Of a DNA stretch of 64,000 bases, positions 48,133 through 60,779 are shown one piece after another. The notes under the pieces were generated by a model. That model worked only from the letters and a program-made list of their open reading frames with translations. It ran no database searches and was not told the origin of the DNA. Position 1 is the first letter of the stretch, and every line of letters starts with the position of its first letter. The stretch covers positions 1,728,001-1,792,000 of the forward strand of contig CAWHIJ010000003.1 in the NCBI GenBank assembly GCA_963829525.1. The letters run 5' to 3'. A program made the position numbers and the translations under genes. The stretch is from an uncultured Actinomycetota bacterium (GTDB lineage: Bacteria; Actinomycetota; Actinomycetes; JAHEKZ01).

Positions 48133-48495
48133 TCACTTCACCCCGAGCAGATCGATCACGAAGATCAAGGTCTTGCCGGAGAGCCGGTGACCCCCACCCG
48201 CCGGCCCGTATGCCAGCGCCGGCGGACAGATCAGCTGGCGACGTCCACCGACCTTCATTCCGGGGATCCCCTCCTGCCAGCCCTTGATCAGGTTGCCCAA
48301 TGGAAAGGCGATCGGCTCTCCTCGACTCCACGACGAGTCGAACTCCTCGCCGGAGTCGAACTCGACCCCGAGATAATGCACCTCAACGGTGGCACCGGGG
48401 GTGGCCTCGTCGCCGTCGCCGATGGTGACATCGGTGAAGACCAGGGTCTCCGGCGCGTCTCCACCCGGGAAGTCGACCTCGGGCTTTTCGGTCAT
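48133..48495 (-). CDS. FKBP-type peptidyl-prolyl cis-trans isomerase
   Basis: VHYLG, FDSSW, LIKGWQEG and LAYG motifs. Confidence 0.96.
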   Translation of the reverse strand: MTEKPEVDFPGGDAPETLVFTDVTIGDGDEATPGATVEVHYLGVEFDSGEEFDSSWSRGEPIAFPLGNLIKGWQEGIPGMKVGGRRQLICPPALAYGPAGGGHRLSGKTLIFVIDLLGVK

Positions 48496-48523
48496 GTGCT
48501 TCCTTCCCTGAACCTGGGAGCCA

Positions 48524-48589
48524 GGTGACTGGTGCCAGATAGCTGGTGACTGGTGGATGAGCGGGTGCTCGGGTACTCGGGTACTCGGT
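48524..48589. repeat. Short direct and tandem repeats between the two FKBP genes
   Basis: GGTGACTGGTG twice (48524, 48545) and CGGGT(G/A)CT three times (48562-48585). Confidence 0.6.
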
Positions 48590-49629
48590 CAGTACGCGCC
48601 GAGGATGTCGACGGCGAACACCATGGTGTCAGTGCCCTTGATCTCGCCGTTCCCGGCGTCTCCGTAGCCGTCCTTGGGTGGAACGACCAACATGACCCTG
48701 CTCCCGACGGTCTGCCCGACCAATCCCTTGTCCCAGCCAGAGATCACCGCTCCTTGACCGATGGCGGTGACATACGGCTGCCCACGACTCCAGGACGAGT
48801 CGAACTCCTTGCCGCTGCGCCACACGACGCCCTTGTACTGCACAACGATGGTGTCGCCCTTCTTGACCTCTGCACCATCACCGACGACGACCGGGATGGC
48901 GATCAGCCGGTTGGACGGGGCACCGGCCGGAATGACGATCTCGGGAGCCTTCGGGGTGATCGAGACGTAAGGCAGGCTGTCATCTTCAGTGGGGGCTGGC
49001 TCACCACGTGCGCTCTCGTTGCCTGCGTGCGACCCCAGTACGTCGACGACAAACACAAGTGTGTCGCCAGCCTGGATCGGGTCTCCTGGCGGTGTGTCGC
49101 CGTACGCCTCATCCGGCGGCAGCACCATCAAGACGCGAGTGCCCGCTTTGACTCCGACCAGACCGGAGTCCCAACCGGGTATCACCGCGCCAATACCGAT
49201 CCCGAACCCGGCAGGGGACCCTCGGTCAAACGATGAGTCAAACGTCTGCCCGTCCTCCCACCTGACTCCGGCGTAGTTCACAACGATCGTTTCCCCAGAG
49301 TTCACGGCGGGTCCGTCGCCCTGACTAAGGGTCTTGACGACCAAGTCGCTTGGTGGCTCGCTGCCGGGAACCGTGATCGTGGGTTTCTGGCCAAAGCCGC
49401 CCTTGACCGTTGGCAGCGCGCCGCTGGCTGCAGGCTCCTCGGAGTCAGACGCCGACACCGACGGTGAGGGCGTCGTGCTCTGATCGGCGCTGGGGTCCGA
49501 GCTTGAGAACGCATTCGGATTGTCGGACGGGTCATCGCTGCCACCACAGGCCGCGAGGGTGCCCGCCAGGACCAGAGTGGCCCCAAGGGCGATCACGGAC
49601 GTACGACGAACACGGGACGCGGTGGACAC
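48589..49629 (-). CDS. Two-domain FKBP-type PPIase lipoprotein
   Basis: LAAC lipobox, Ser/Pro linker and two FKBP domains. Confidence 0.94.
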   Translation of the reverse strand: MSTASRVRRTSVIALGATLVLAGTLAACGGSDDPSDNPNAFSSSDPSADQSTTPSPSVSASDSEEPAASGALPTVKGGFGQKPTITVPGSEPPSDLVVKTLSQGDGPAVNSGETIVVNYAGVRWEDGQTFDSSFDRGSPAGFGIGIGAVIPGWDSGLVGVKAGTRVLMVLPPDEAYGDTPPGDPIQAGDTLVFVVDVLGSHAGNESARGEPAPTEDDSLPYVSITPKAPEIVIPAGAPSNRLIAIPVVVGDGAEVKKGDTIVVQYKGVVWRSGKEFDSSWSRGQPYVTAIGQGAVISGWDKGLVGQTVGSRVMLVVPPKDGYGDAGNGEIKGTDTMVFAVDILGAY

Positions 49630-49747
49630 AGGACTCCTTGACGGGGAAGGGTGCTCTCGGCAGCTTGCGCAAGTCGTCGGACCGTGGGCAAGCCGTTCCA
49701 GGGTAGACGCCTGCGGGCCGAAGATGGTTCCGCCTCGCCGCGGTGGG

Positions 49748-51109
49748 TTACATGCTCTCGATCAGCCGGTCCACTCGCTCGTCGTAAGCCTTGAACGGGT
49801 CCTTGCAGAGCACTGTCCGCTGGGCCTGGTCATTGAGCTTGAGGTGCACCCAGTCGACGGTGAAGTCCCGACGTTTCTCCTGAGCTCGGCGGATGAACTC
49901 TCCTCGCAGCCTCGCACGCGTCGTCTGGGGCGGACGCCCCTTGGCCTCGAAGGTGGCCAGGTCCGGAACCACCTGTTCTACCAAGCCGCGCTTTTCCATC
50001 AGGTAGAAGAGGCCACGGTCTCGACGAATGTCGTGGTAGGCGAGATCGAGCTGGGCGACCCGCGCCGATCCGAGCGAGAGATCGTGCTTGGCTCGATAGC
50101 GCTCGATCATTTGGTACTTGATCACCCAGTCGATCTCGCGCCCCACCGACGACAGGTCACCGGTCTCGACCGCACTCAAGGTCCGCTGCCAGAGGTCGAG
50201 CACCCGCCTGGTGACCGGGTCGTCGATGCCGCGCCGGTCGGCGAAGGCAAGCGCTTTGTCGAAGTACTCGGTCTGGATCTGCAGGGCCGACAGCTCTCGT
50301 CCGTTCACCAGGCGCACCAAGCGGCGCCCCGATGGGTCGTGGCTGATCTCGCGGATGGCCCTGATCGGGTTCTCCAGTGAAAGATCGCGGAGGACGACGC
50401 CGCTCTCGACCATCCGAAGGACCAGATCGGTGGCGCCCACCTTGAGAAGGGTGCTCGGCTGCGCAAGATTCGAGTCACCGACGATGACGTGCAGCCGGCG
50501 GTACTTCTCAGCGTCAGCGTGCGGCTCATCTCGTGTGTTGATGATCGGCCGGGACCGAGTCGTCGCTGACGATACGCCTTCCCAGATGTGCTCAGCGCGT
50601 TGGCTGAGACAGAAGACTGAGCCTCGTGGCGTCTGCAACACCTTCCCGGCACCACAGATCAGCTGACGCGTGACCAGAAACGGGATGAGTACATCGGCGA
50701 GCTTTCCGAACTCGCCTTGCCGGCCCACAAGGAAGTTCTCATGGCACCCGTAGGAGTTGCCGGCTGAGTCCGTGTTGTTCTTGAAAAGGTAGACATCGCC
50801 GGCGATACCCTCTTCGTGCAGGCGTCGCTCAGCGTCGATCAACAGTCCTTCCAGGACCCGCTCCCCTGCCCGGTCGTGGGTGATCAGCTCGGTGAGGGAA
50901 TCGCACTCTGGTGTCGCGTACTCAGGATGCGATCCGACATCGAGGTAAAGTCGCGCGCCGTTCCGAAGGAAGACGTTACTGCTGCGACCCCACGACACGA
51001 CCCGGCGAAAGAGGTAGCGAGCAACCTCGTCAGGTGAGAGCCGACGCTGCCCTCGGAACGTACAGGTGACCCCGTACTCGGTCTCGATCCCGAAGATGCG
51101 CCGGTCCAC
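49748..51109 (-). CDS. pafA: Pup--protein ligase
   Basis: [28 protein letters not shown] and DWVHLKLND motifs. Confidence 0.98.
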   Translation of the reverse strand: MDRRIFGIETEYGVTCTFRGQRRLSPDEVARYLFRRVVSWGRSSNVFLRNGARLYLDVGSHPEYATPECDSLTELITHDRAGERVLEGLLIDAERRLHEEGIAGDVYLFKNNTDSAGNSYGCHENFLVGRQGEFGKLADVLIPFLVTRQLICGAGKVLQTPRGSVFCLSQRAEHIWEGVSSATTRSRPIINTRDEPHADAEKYRRLHVIVGDSNLAQPSTLLKVGATDLVLRMVESGVVLRDLSLENPIRAIREISHDPSGRRLVRLVNGRELSALQIQTEYFDKALAFADRRGIDDPVTRRVLDLWQRTLSAVETGDLSSVGREIDWVIKYQMIERYRAKHDLSLGSARVAQLDLAYHDIRRDRGLFYLMEKRGLVEQVVPDLATFEAKGRPPQTTRARLRGEFIRRAQEKRRDFTVDWVHLKLNDQAQRTVLCKDPFKAYDERVDRLIESM

Positions 51110-51111
51110 GA

Positions 51112-51825
51112 CTACCCACCGCTCGGAACGAGTTCGCCTAACCGATCTGCGGTGAGCCTCTTGAACTTGCGCGACTGCGGACGGGTGCGGTCGAGGATCG
51201 CAACTTCCAGCTGAGCAGGCGTGATCTGACGTGGTTCGCCGTTGTCGCTGTTGGTGCTGTCGCTGGCGAGAGCCTCGATGGCCAATGCAATCGCCGGGGC
51301 AAGCTCGAGGTCTTCTTCGTAGGTGGACTCAAGTGCGGTGCTGATCGCTTCCGCTGACCCACCCATCACCACGTAACCCTGCTCGTCTGCTACCGAACCG
51401 TCGAAGGTGAGCCGGTACATCTGGTCGCCTGTGGCGGCGTCCCCCACCTCAGCGACCACGATCTCCACCTCGTAGGGTTTTGAGGTCTCGGTAAAGATCG
51501 TGCCCAGCGTCTGGGCATACGCGTTGGCGAGGTTTCTCACCGTGACATCGCGGCGATCGAACGAGTAGCCGCGGAGGTCAGCCAACCGGATACCCGCAAC
51601 GCGAAGATTCTCGAACTCGTTGTACTTCCCCACGGCTGCGAAGGCAATCCGGTCGTAGATCTCGCTGACCTTGTGCAGTGCCCTTGACGGGTTCTCCGCC
51701 ACGAAGACGATCCCATCGCGATACTGCAGGACAGCCACCGATCGTCCTCGGGCGATGCCCTTACGCGCGTAGTCCGCCTTGTCCTTGATGATTTGCTCAG
51801 GCGAGACGTAGAACGGAACGGACAC
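51112..51825 (-). CDS. prcA: Proteasome alpha subunit
   Basis: [24 protein letters not shown] and KVSEIYDRI motifs. Confidence 0.97.
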   Translation of the reverse strand: MSVPFYVSPEQIIKDKADYARKGIARGRSVAVLQYRDGIVFVAENPSRALHKVSEIYDRIAFAAVGKYNEFENLRVAGIRLADLRGYSFDRRDVTVRNLANAYAQTLGTIFTETSKPYEVEIVVAEVGDAATGDQMYRLTFDGSVADEQGYVVMGGSAEAISTALESTYEEDLELAPAIALAIEALASDSTNSDNGEPRQITPAQLEVAILDRTRPQSRKFKRLTADRLGELVPSGG

Positions 51826-51858
51826 TGGCCTTCCTTTCCTGCTGTTGGTTGGAGGGGC

Positions 51859-52713
51859 TTAGGTCAGCGGAGCTGCAGGGCCATCCGGTCGCTCGTTACG
51901 GGCAGAGACCAGAAGTTCGACCACCTCGCCCACTTCGGCGTCAGGCAGGCGTCGGTATCCGTCGGCAGACACGACCGAAACCACCGGGAAAATCCGGCGC
52001 ATGAGGTCAGGTCCTCCGGTGGCGGAGTCGTCATCGGCGGCGTCGTACAGCGCCTGAGCTGCGGCCAAAACTGCGTCGCCTTCTGGCATCTGTCCGCGGT
52101 AGAGCTTCTTGAGTGAGCCGCGCGCGAAGAAACCACCGGAACCGACGGCGTGGAACGAGTGCTCCTCGTACCGTCCGCCGGTCACGTCATAGCTGAAGAT
52201 GCGGCCGCTCGAGGTCTCATGGTCGTAGCCGGCAAAGAGCGGGACCACCGCCAGTCCCTGCATCGCCATTCCGAGGTTGCCCCTGATCATCGTTGCCAGC
52301 CGATTGGCCTTACCGGTGAGCGAGAGAGTGGTTCCTTCAATCTTTTCGTAGTGCTCCAGCTCCACCTGCAGCAGCCGTACCAGTTCGATGGCTAGTCCAG
52401 CCGTACCGGCGATACCCACTGCGCTGTACTCGTCGGCGGGATAGACCTTCTCGATGTCACGCTGGGCGATGATGTTGCCCATCGTTGCTCGGCGGTCACC
52501 GGCCATGACGACACCATTGTCATAGGTCAACGCGACGATCGTGGTGCCGTGCGGGGCGTCAATGTCGGCAGCGGTTCCGGTGCCCGACCCAGCACCACCA
52601 GGCAGAAGCGTGGGGGCGTGATCGGCCAGAAAATCGCTGAACGACGAGCCACCGGCACGCAGGAAGGCGGCGGGTAGCGATGCGGAACGGTCATGATGAG
52701 TCACGGAGGTCAC
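51859..52713 (-). CDS. prcB: Proteasome beta subunit
   Basis: Propeptide followed by HG/TTIVA, AGDRRAT and GSG motifs. Confidence 0.97.
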   Translation of the reverse strand: MTSVTHHDRSASLPAAFLRAGGSSFSDFLADHAPTLLPGGAGSGTGTAADIDAPHGTTIVALTYDNGVVMAGDRRATMGNIIAQRDIEKVYPADEYSAVGIAGTAGLAIELVRLLQVELEHYEKIEGTTLSLTGKANRLATMIRGNLGMAMQGLAVVPLFAGYDHETSSGRIFSYDVTGGRYEEHSFHAVGSGGFFARGSLKKLYRGQMPEGDAVLAAAQALYDAADDDSATGGPDLMRRIFPVVSVVSADGYRRLPDAEVGEVVELLVSARNERPDGPAAPLT

Positions 52714-52916
52714 TCACCGCCTTTCTGGACGAAGGCACGGACGAACTCCTCGGCATTCTCCTCCAGAACCTCATCGATCTCATCAAGAATCGCGTCGACG
52801 TCGTCACTGAGAGCCTCATGACGTTCAGAAACGTCGGTCGTCTCGACAGGCGCCTCATCGACCTCTTCGGGACGGCGCTCAGCGTGCTTCTGCCCACCAG
52901 TCTCCTGTGCGCTCAT
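52710..52916 (-). CDS. pup: Prokaryotic ubiquitin-like protein Pup (C-terminal GGE)
   Basis: [28 protein letters not shown]. Confidence 0.97.
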   Translation of the reverse strand: MSAQETGGQKHAERRPEEVDEAPVETTDVSERHEALSDDVDAILDEIDEVLEENAEEFVRAFVQKGGE

Positions 52917-53056
52917 GATCAGAACCTCCACGTCCGCGTCAATACTCAGAACTCGACCCTAGTCGGATCGACCGGTCGCGGCTCGCTCTGAACCTCCGAC
53001 GCGCCCCAAGCTCATCAGCGCAGGTCAGTGGCTCTTCGGTGGCGGATCCTGCGCGG

Positions 53057-54574
53057 TCAGTCGGAGGTCAAGGCATCGACCAGCTCCGCCGCGGTTTGGC
53101 ATCGCTGCAGAAGGCCACCCACGTGGGCACGGGTCCCCCTGAGTGGTTCGAGCATCGGGACACGTTGGAGTGAGGCCCGCCCCGGAACATCGAAGATGAC
53201 CGAGTCCCACGACGCAGCTGCTACGTGCGGCCCGTATCGGCGAACACATTCGCCGCGGAACCAGGCGCGGGTGTCCTCAGGAGGGTGATGGACGGCGTGC
53301 TCAATCTCGGCGTCGGTCAGTATGCGCTCCATCCGCCCCCGGGATGCTAGGCGCTGGTACAAGCCTTTGTCGGGACGCACGTCCGAGTACTGCAGGTCCA
53401 CCAACTGCAGGCGGGCGTCAGACCACGAGAGTCCATCTCGGGACCGGTAGCCCTCCAAGATCTGGCGCTTGGCAATCCAGTCGAGCTGGTTGGACAATCG
53501 TGAGGGATCCTCTTCCAGATCATCGAGCACCTGTGACCAACGCCGCAGGACCTCGCTCGTTCCGTCATCGATGTCGCTGCCCATGCGATCCTCGACGAAC
53601 TTGTGTGCCTGGTCGCAATACTCTCGCTGCAAGTGAACCGCGGTCATGGTGCGCCCATCGCGCAGCTCGACCCGGTGCCGTAGTTCGGGGTCATGAGATA
53701 CCGAGTGAAGTTCGTGCACTGGTCGGGACAGAGCCAGGTCATCGGCGAGGAAACCCTCTTCGATCATCGAGAGCACCAGGGACGTGGTCCCCACCTTCAG
53801 CAGTCCCGCAACCTCAGCGAGGTTGGCATCTCCGATGATGACGTGCAGGCGACGATACTTGTCGGCGTCAGCGTGGGGCTCGTCGCGGGTGTTGATGATC
53901 GGCCTCTTGAGCGTCGTCTCCAAGCCCACCTCCACCTCGAAGAAGTCTGCGCGTTGGCTGATCTGGAATCCGGCTTCGGTGCCCTGCTGACCCAACCCGA
54001 CTCGGCCCTGGCCGCAGATCACCTGTCGAGAGACGAAGAACGGGGTGAGGTGCTTGATGATCTCTGGGAATGGTGTGCTGCGGCGCATCAGGTAGTTCTC
54101 GTGCGTGCCGTAAGAGGAGCCCTTGTTGTCGGTGTTGTTCTTGTAGAGATTTATCGCCGGCGCTCCGGGCACACGGCTGGCGCGGCGGGCCGCTTCGGCC
54201 ATCACCAGCTCACCGGCTTTGTCCCAGGCCAGTACGTCTCGCGGGTTCGTGACCTCGGGGCTGGAGTACTCCGGATGTGCATGGTCGACGTAGAGGCGGG
54301 CGCCGTTCGTGAGGATCACGTTCGCCATCCCGGCATCATCGTCGGTGAGCTGGCTGACGTCTGCCGCCTCCCGTGCCAGGGTGAAGCCGCGTGCATCCCG
54401 AAGTGGGTTCTCTTCCTCGTAGTCCCACCTGGCATGAGAGAGGCCAGGTTCACCGGTGGCGTAGCCGGTCACGATCTGCGACGAGATGAGAACTGGGTTG
54501 GCATGAGCGTCACCCGGCACGGCAATGCCGAACTCGGTCTCGATCCCCATGACCCTTGTCGTCCCCACATGCAC
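53057..54574 (-). CDS. dop: Depupylase/deamidase Dop
   Basis: [25 protein letters not shown] and [10 protein letters not shown] motifs; the start may be GTG 54568. Confidence 0.97.
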   Translation of the reverse strand: MHVGTTRVMGIETEFGIAVPGDAHANPVLISSQIVTGYATGEPGLSHARWDYEEENPLRDARGFTLAREAADVSQLTDDDAGMANVILTNGARLYVDHAHPEYSSPEVTNPRDVLAWDKAGELVMAEAARRASRVPGAPAINLYKNNTDNKGSSYGTHENYLMRRSTPFPEIIKHLTPFFVSRQVICGQGRVGLGQQGTEAGFQISQRADFFEVEVGLETTLKRPIINTRDEPHADADKYRRLHVIIGDANLAEVAGLLKVGTTSLVLSMIEEGFLADDLALSRPVHELHSVSHDPELRHRVELRDGRTMTAVHLQREYCDQAHKFVEDRMGSDIDDGTSEVLRRWSQVLDDLEEDPSRLSNQLDWIAKRQILEGYRSRDGLSWSDARLQLVDLQYSDVRPDKGLYQRLASRGRMERILTDAEIEHAVHHPPEDTRAWFRGECVRRYGPHVAAASWDSVIFDVPGRASLQRVPMLEPLRGTRAHVGGLLQRCQTAAELVDALTSD

Positions 54575-54637
54575 AGCCTAGGTGCCACGGGCGCGAGCCT
54601 CTATGCCGCAGCGCCGCATTCTTCCTAGGATCCCCAT

Positions 54638-55095
54638 GTGGTCGAGCGCTTCGTCTCCTGGCTTCAGGAGACAGCAGACGCGGGCAACGGGTACGCCCGA
54701 ATGCTGCTTGCATCAGCGGCATGCGCAACTGGTCGACCGACAATGCCAAAGGCGTCCAGCTGACAGTGCTGGCAGCGACATACGTCGCGCTGTTCTTCTT
54801 CATGTGGTGGACGCCTCGCTTCCTGCTGGCGCGCCGTCTCAGCTGGCGTCTCGCACTTCCGGCTGCCGCGGTCACTTCGGCCGGACTGATCATCACGGGA
54901 CTGTGGAGCACCATTTGGCTGCCGAAGCTCATCGTCGACAACGCCGAGCGGTACGGGGCTATCGGGATCACCTTCGGAATTTTCACCTGGCTCTACGCGC
55001 TGTCGTTGGCACTCGTCGCAGGAGCTGTAGTCGGTGGGGCCATCGCGGACGCACGACAGGACCGCAAGCCCGCACTTCGTACATTTCCCGCTTAG
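54638..55095 (+). pseudogene. Internally deleted YihY/BrkB-family membrane protein remnant
   Basis: C-terminal YihY motif RYGAIG.TFG.FTWLY in one frame; a short leaderless N-terminus (TAGGAT, GTG 54638) in another frame; far shorter than a full YihY. Confidence 0.6.
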
Positions 55096-55107
55096 CGTCG
55101 GAAATGG

Positions 55108-56766
55108 CTACAGATACTGACCAGTGTTGGCAACCGACTCGATCGAGCGACCCGCCTCAGTGCCTTGCTTACCCTGGATGAGCGTTCGGATGAAGACGAT
55201 CCGCTCACCCTTCTTACCGCTGATGCGTGCCCAGTCGTCCGGATTGGTGGTGTTCGGCAGGTCTTCGTTCTCCTTGAACTCCTCCAAGCAGGCGGTGAGG
55301 AGGTGCTGGACACGGATGCCTTTGGTGCCGAATGCCAGGAAGTCCTTGATCGCGTACTTCTTGGCACGGGCAACGATGTTCTCGATCATTGCCCCTGAGT
55401 TGAAGTCCTTGAAGTAGAGGACCTCTTTGTCGCCGTTGGCGTACGTGACTTCAAGGAATCTGTTCTCCTCGGTCTCGGTGTACATCCGCTCGACGGCCCG
55501 CTGAATCATCGCTGCGGCCGTTGCCTTGCGATCGCCGCCGTGCTCGGAGATGTCTTCCGGATGCAGCGGAAGGTCAGCGTGCAGGTACTTGCTGAAGATG
55601 TCGCGGGCCGCCTCGGCGTCCGGCCGCTCGATCTTGATCTTCACGTCGAGTCGCCCTGGGCGAAGAATCGCAGGGTCGATCATGTCCTCGCGGTTCGACG
55701 CGCCGATCACGATGACGTTCTCCAAGCCTTCGACGCCATCAATTTCGCTGAGCAGCTGGGGAACGATCGTGTTCTCGACGTCGGAGCTGACCCCAGAGCC
55801 CCTGGTTCGGAAGAGCGAGTCCATCTCGTCGAAGAAGACGATGACGGGGACTCCCTCGCCGGCTTTCTCCCTGGCACGCTGGAAGACCAGTCTGATGTGC
55901 CGCTCGGTCTCTCCCACGTACTTGTTCAGCAGCTCAGGACCCTTGATGTTCAGGAAGAAAGACTTGCCTTCCGGACGGCCAGTGACCTCGGCGACCTTTT
56001 TGGCCAGCGAGTTGGCCACGGCTTTGGCGATGAGTGTCTTGCCGCACCCGGGGGGGCCGTAGAGCAAAATGCCCTTGGGCGGGCGCAAGTCGTGTTCGCG
56101 GAAGAGATCTTGATGGACGTACGGAAGCTCGACGGCGTCCCGGATGAGTTCGATCTGCCCGGCCAAACCGCCGATGCTGGCGTAGTCGATATCAGGCACT
56201 TCCTCGAGCACGAGCTCCTCGACCTCGGCTTTGGGGATCTTCTCGAAGACGTAGCCCGATCGGGGTTCCAGCATCAGGGAGTCGCCAGCACGGATCTGCA
56301 CATCGCTCAGCGTCTCGGCGAGGCGGACAATCCGCTCATCGTCGGTGTGCCCAATGACCAATGCGCGCTCGCCATCGGCCAAGAGCTCTTTGAACATGAC
56401 CACTTCGCCGACCCGCTCAAAACCCATGACGCGCACGATGTTCATCGCCTCGTTCAGCATGACTTCGCGGCCTCGCTGAAGCTCGTCTCGATCGACTTCC
56501 GGGCTGACAGCGACCCTGAGTTTGCGCCCTCCAGTGAAGACGTCGGCCGAGCCATCGTCGAACTGCTCCAGAAAGACCCCGTACCCCGATGGGGGCTGAG
56601 CCAGGCGGTCGATCTCTTCCTTCATCGCGATCAACTGCGCTCGGGCCTCGTGCAAGGTAACGGTGAGGCGGGTGTTGCGCTCCTGCAACGACGCGATCTC
56701 GCGCCTCAGTTCACCAGGGTCGGGCGCGCTGAGTTCGCGCGGTCCGTCCGCTCCGTCGTGCGTCAT
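55108..56766 (-). CDS. arc: Proteasome ATPase ARC/Mpa
   Basis: Coiled coil, [14 protein letters not shown] and C-terminal GQYL. Confidence 0.98.
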   Translation of the reverse strand: MTHDGADGPRELSAPDPGELRREIASLQERNTRLTVTLHEARAQLIAMKEEIDRLAQPPSGYGVFLEQFDDGSADVFTGGRKLRVAVSPEVDRDELQRGREVMLNEAMNIVRVMGFERVGEVVMFKELLADGERALVIGHTDDERIVRLAETLSDVQIRAGDSLMLEPRSGYVFEKIPKAEVEELVLEEVPDIDYASIGGLAGQIELIRDAVELPYVHQDLFREHDLRPPKGILLYGPPGCGKTLIAKAVANSLAKKVAEVTGRPEGKSFFLNIKGPELLNKYVGETERHIRLVFQRAREKAGEGVPVIVFFDEMDSLFRTRGSGVSSDVENTIVPQLLSEIDGVEGLENVIVIGASNREDMIDPAILRPGRLDVKIKIERPDAEAARDIFSKYLHADLPLHPEDISEHGGDRKATAAAMIQRAVERMYTETEENRFLEVTYANGDKEVLYFKDFNSGAMIENIVARAKKYAIKDFLAFGTKGIRVQHLLTACLEEFKENEDLPNTTNPDDWARISGKKGERIVFIRTLIQGKQGTEAGRSIESVANTGQYL

Positions 56767-56917
56767 GGCGCACCTCCGCCTCGGTCCAACAGGTCGTGCC
56801 AGGCCGTCGGCACAACTTCTTCTGACCCTAACCCTCGGCAGGTCGTCGCGAGACCTGGACAGAATCCGGCGTGTCGAGTCGCTTACTTTCTGTAACCGCG
56901 AGGGCGCGAGGCCGAGG

Positions 56918-57814
<897 letters not shown>

Positions 57815-58987
57815 TCAGGCAAGGGGCACATCACGTTTTGACTGGCCGGTGGTCAGCGCCCTCTTGACGTCGGAGGTGACCAGAACACCGTAGACGGTCC
57901 CTTGCCCGTCCCTCACCAGGTGCACGGCGGCAGGGACGGCGTTAAGGGCGTCAATGAGGTCTTGGCCGGATGCGTCCGGCCTCACCTGGCCCACGCCAGA
58001 TACCGTCACCGCCACCGAAGAGACCGGAACCCAAGCGCGCCGATCCTCCGGTATGGCAAGCGCTGCCTCCGGGTGAACCACCCCAGCCACGTCTCCATTT
58101 GCGTCCGTGACCACGAGTGTTGCGCCTCCCGGGGCTGAGAGCTGAAGGGCGGTCGCCAGCGGGGTGTCATGTGGGACGAAGACCGCTGAACGAACAAGGT
58201 CAGAGACCTTCAACTCGGGGATGGCGCGAGAGACCAAAGCGGCTTTGAGCGACCGACTCGCCTCGATCCAGACGAAGCCGGCAAGCAGGAGACCCCAGGA
58301 GAGCCAGACGATGTCGGGACGCCCGAGCACGCTTGGCAGCACCGCCAGAATTGCCACGATGACGGCGAATGCTCGGCCGGTCCATCCTGCGACCATCGTG
58401 CCGATGTGCTCGCGACCAGACGCGGCCCAGACGACGTCACGTAGAAGGCGACCGCCGTCGAGCGGAAGGGCTGGGACCAGGTTGAGCAGCCCGACAACGA
58501 GGTTGGCTGCCATCAACTGCCACGTTACAAATGCGAAGACGGTTCCCTGTGGAGCAACCAGGTAGCCCAGCCAGGCCAGCCCCCCGACCAAGAGTGACGT
58601 CAGCGGCCCGACAACAGCGATCGTGAAGTCAACCCAGGGACGCCGAGTCTCGGCGTCCATCTTGGTGACTCCACCGAGAAGGTGGATCGTCATGGAGCGG
58701 ACTCGCAGCCCGAAGTGCTGAGCCATGACCGCATGGGCCATCTCGTGGGCTAAGACTGACAGTCCGAGAAGTACCGCAAATGAGGCGCCAACCACGAGCG
58801 TCCACGGCGACTCGAGCGGCAGCCATCGTTCGACGACGGGCGCAAAGACCCAGGCAATGATTGCTGCCCCGAGAAACCAAGAAGCCGAGAGACGCAAGGG
58901 AACGCCGAACGGGGTGCCAAGGGAGATTCCCGAAAGCCGCTCTGTGACCTGCGGGCGGGCGGGCGGCTGCGGTGCGTCGGTCACCAT
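57815..58987 (-). CDS. Site-2 protease (M50) with a degenerate CBS-like C-terminus
   Basis: HEMAH, GP and NLVPALPLDGG motifs. Confidence 0.93.
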   Translation of the reverse strand: MVTDAPQPPARPQVTERLSGISLGTPFGVPLRLSASWFLGAAIIAWVFAPVVERWLPLESPWTLVVGASFAVLLGLSVLAHEMAHAVMAQHFGLRVRSMTIHLLGGVTKMDAETRRPWVDFTIAVVGPLTSLLVGGLAWLGYLVAPQGTVFAFVTWQLMAANLVVGLLNLVPALPLDGGRLLRDVVWAASGREHIGTMVAGWTGRAFAVIVAILAVLPSVLGRPDIVWLSWGLLLAGFVWIEASRSLKAALVSRAIPELKVSDLVRSAVFVPHDTPLATALQLSAPGGATLVVTDANGDVAGVVHPEAALAIPEDRRAWVPVSSVAVTVSGVGQVRPDASGQDLIDALNAVPAAVHLVRDGQGTVYGVLVTSDVKRALTTGQSKRDVPLA

Positions 58988-59020
58988 CTGACTCTACGGG
59001 GAGCCATTATCGACCGCACC

Positions 59021-59042
59021 GGTCAGTGGCGGCCTCTACTCT
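59021..59042 (+). promoter_or_regulatory. PafBC-type (RecA-NDp-like) promoter
   Basis: GGTCAGTG-N8-TACTCT, 7 nt before ATG 59050. Confidence 0.65.
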
Positions 59043-59049
59043 TCGGAGC

Positions 59050-59951
59050 ATGACGTCATCGGTGGGCACACCCGGCCCCGTCGGCCCAAGCAGCCCTGGC
59101 AGCTGCGTGTCGGTTCGCTGAGCCCGTCAAGAGCCGGCGACTTCATGACGTGCCCACTGCTCTACCGGTTTCGGGTGGTCGACCGACTGCCCGAGCCCCC
59201 CAGCAAGGCAGCGACACGGGGCACCGTCGTCCACGCCGTGCTCGAGCAGCTCTTTGACCTGCCGAGAGGAGCCCGCTCGCTTGAGGCAGCGACAGCCTTG
59301 GTGCCATCGGTGTGGCAAGAGGTTCTGGGCGCAGATGAACAGCTCGCAGAGCACTTCACCGGTGACGACGGAACCCTTGCCACCGAGTGGCTCGACGGCA
59401 CCGAGGCGCTGCTCGCCACCTACTTCGACCTGGAGGACCCCACTCGCCTCGAGCCAGCCGACCGCGAGCTGGCACTGTCGGTCGAGCTGGAGGGCGGACT
59501 GGTGCTCCGTGGGTACGTCGACCGCCTCGACGTCGCTCCCGACGGTGCCATGCGGGTCGTTGACTACAAGACCGGTCGCGCCCCTGGTGTCGCCTTCCAG
59601 CAGAAGGCGTTGTTCCAGATGCGTTTCTACGCACTCGCTCTCTGGCGGCAACGGGGCGAGGTCCCGCGACTCCTCCAACTGATCTACCTGGGAGACGGTC
59701 AGGTCGTCCGGTACCAGCCTGATGAAGACGACCTGACCGCGATGGAGCGCAAGGTACTGGCGCTGGCCGCTGCCATCCGCCGGGCGACCGAGACCGGTGA
59801 GTGGCGGCCAAACCCAAGCCGTCTGTGCGACTGGTGCGCTCACCGATCGCTCTGCCCAGCGTGGGGCGGCACTCCTCCCCCGCTGCCTCAACCTTCGATA
59901 ACTCCCCCTGAGCCAGCTTCAGGGGCGGTCCTCAGGGCCAGATCGGGGTGA
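59050..59951 (+). CDS. RecB-family PD-(D/E)XK exonuclease (Rv2119-like); ATG 59050 is out of frame with the body
   Basis: SLSPSRAGDFMTCPL, GTVVH, GYVDRLD, DYKTG, QMRFY and CDWC..RSLCP motifs; the conserved LSPS motif lies upstream of the first in-frame ATG (59145). Confidence 0.88.
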
Positions 59952-60017
59952 GCACCGAGGAAGCGATGGCCAGTCAGCCTCTAGGGTGAGTCAGACCCCA
60001 CAGGAGGAATCCCCCAC

Positions 60018-60776
60018 ATGTCAGTCGAGAGCACCACAACGGCAGCAGCACGCGCGGATACGCTCAGCAAGATCTACGGCACCGGCGAAGCCGAGGTTCG
60101 CGCCTTGGACGGCGTCTCGGTCACCTTCGCCAAGGGGCGGTTCACAGCCATCATGGGCCCCAGTGGCTCGGGCAAGTCAACCCTCATGCACGTCTGCGCC
60201 GGGCTCGATGACGCCACCTCGGGAACAGTCTCCATCGGCGACACCAACCTGACGAGCCTCGGCGACTCCGACCTGACCCGGCTCCGCCGCGACCGGGTGG
60301 GCTTTATCTTTCAGTCTTTCAATCTGGTCCCCACGCTCACAGCGCTGGAGAACATCACTCTGCCGCTCGACATCGCTGGCCGTAAGCCCGACCAGGAGTG
60401 GCTCGACAAGATCATCGACATGGTGGGCATGCGCGATCGGCTGAACAACAAACCGAGCCAGCTGTCCGGGGGGCAGCAGCAACGCGTTGCTGCTGCCCGG
60501 GCCCTCGTAACCCGGCCTGAGATCATCTTCGCGGACGAGCCGACCGGCAACCTCGACTCGCGTGCCGGAGTCGAGGTTCTCTCGTTCCTCCGCGACAGCG
60601 CTGACACCTACGGTCAGACCGTGGTGATGGTCACTCACGACCCCACTGCCGCCTCCTTCGCTCATCGGGTGATCTTCTTGGCCGACGGGCGGATCGTCGA
60701 CGACATGGACGACCCCTCAGCAGATCGCGTCCTCGAACGCATGAAGGGCTTTGACGCGAAAGGCCGGAGGTCGTAG
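60018..60776 (+). CDS. ABC transporter ATP-binding protein (LolD/MacB-like)
   Basis: [28 protein letters not shown] and VTHD motifs. Confidence 0.96.
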   Translation: MSVESTTTAAARADTLSKIYGTGEAEVRALDGVSVTFAKGRFTAIMGPSGSGKSTLMHVCAGLDDATSGTVSIGDTNLTSLGDSDLTRLRRDRVGFIFQSFNLVPTLTALENITLPLDIAGRKPDQEWLDKIIDMVGMRDRLNNKPSQLSGGQQQRVAAARALVTRPEIIFADEPTGNLDSRAGVEVLSFLRDSADTYGQTVVMVTHDPTAASFAHRVIFLADGRIVDDMDDPSADRVLERMKGFDAKGRRS

Positions 60777-60779
60777 TCG

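Noticed and set aside
48524-48589. CRISPR-like array
   Set aside because: The repeats are only 8-11 bp, with no unique spacers of CRISPR length and no cas genes.
55540-56895. Long antisense ORFs (451 aa here; also 15429-16748, 30080-31039, 53693-54628, 60662-61783)
   Set aside because: These are shadow frames of high-GC genes with clear family motifs on the opposite strand.
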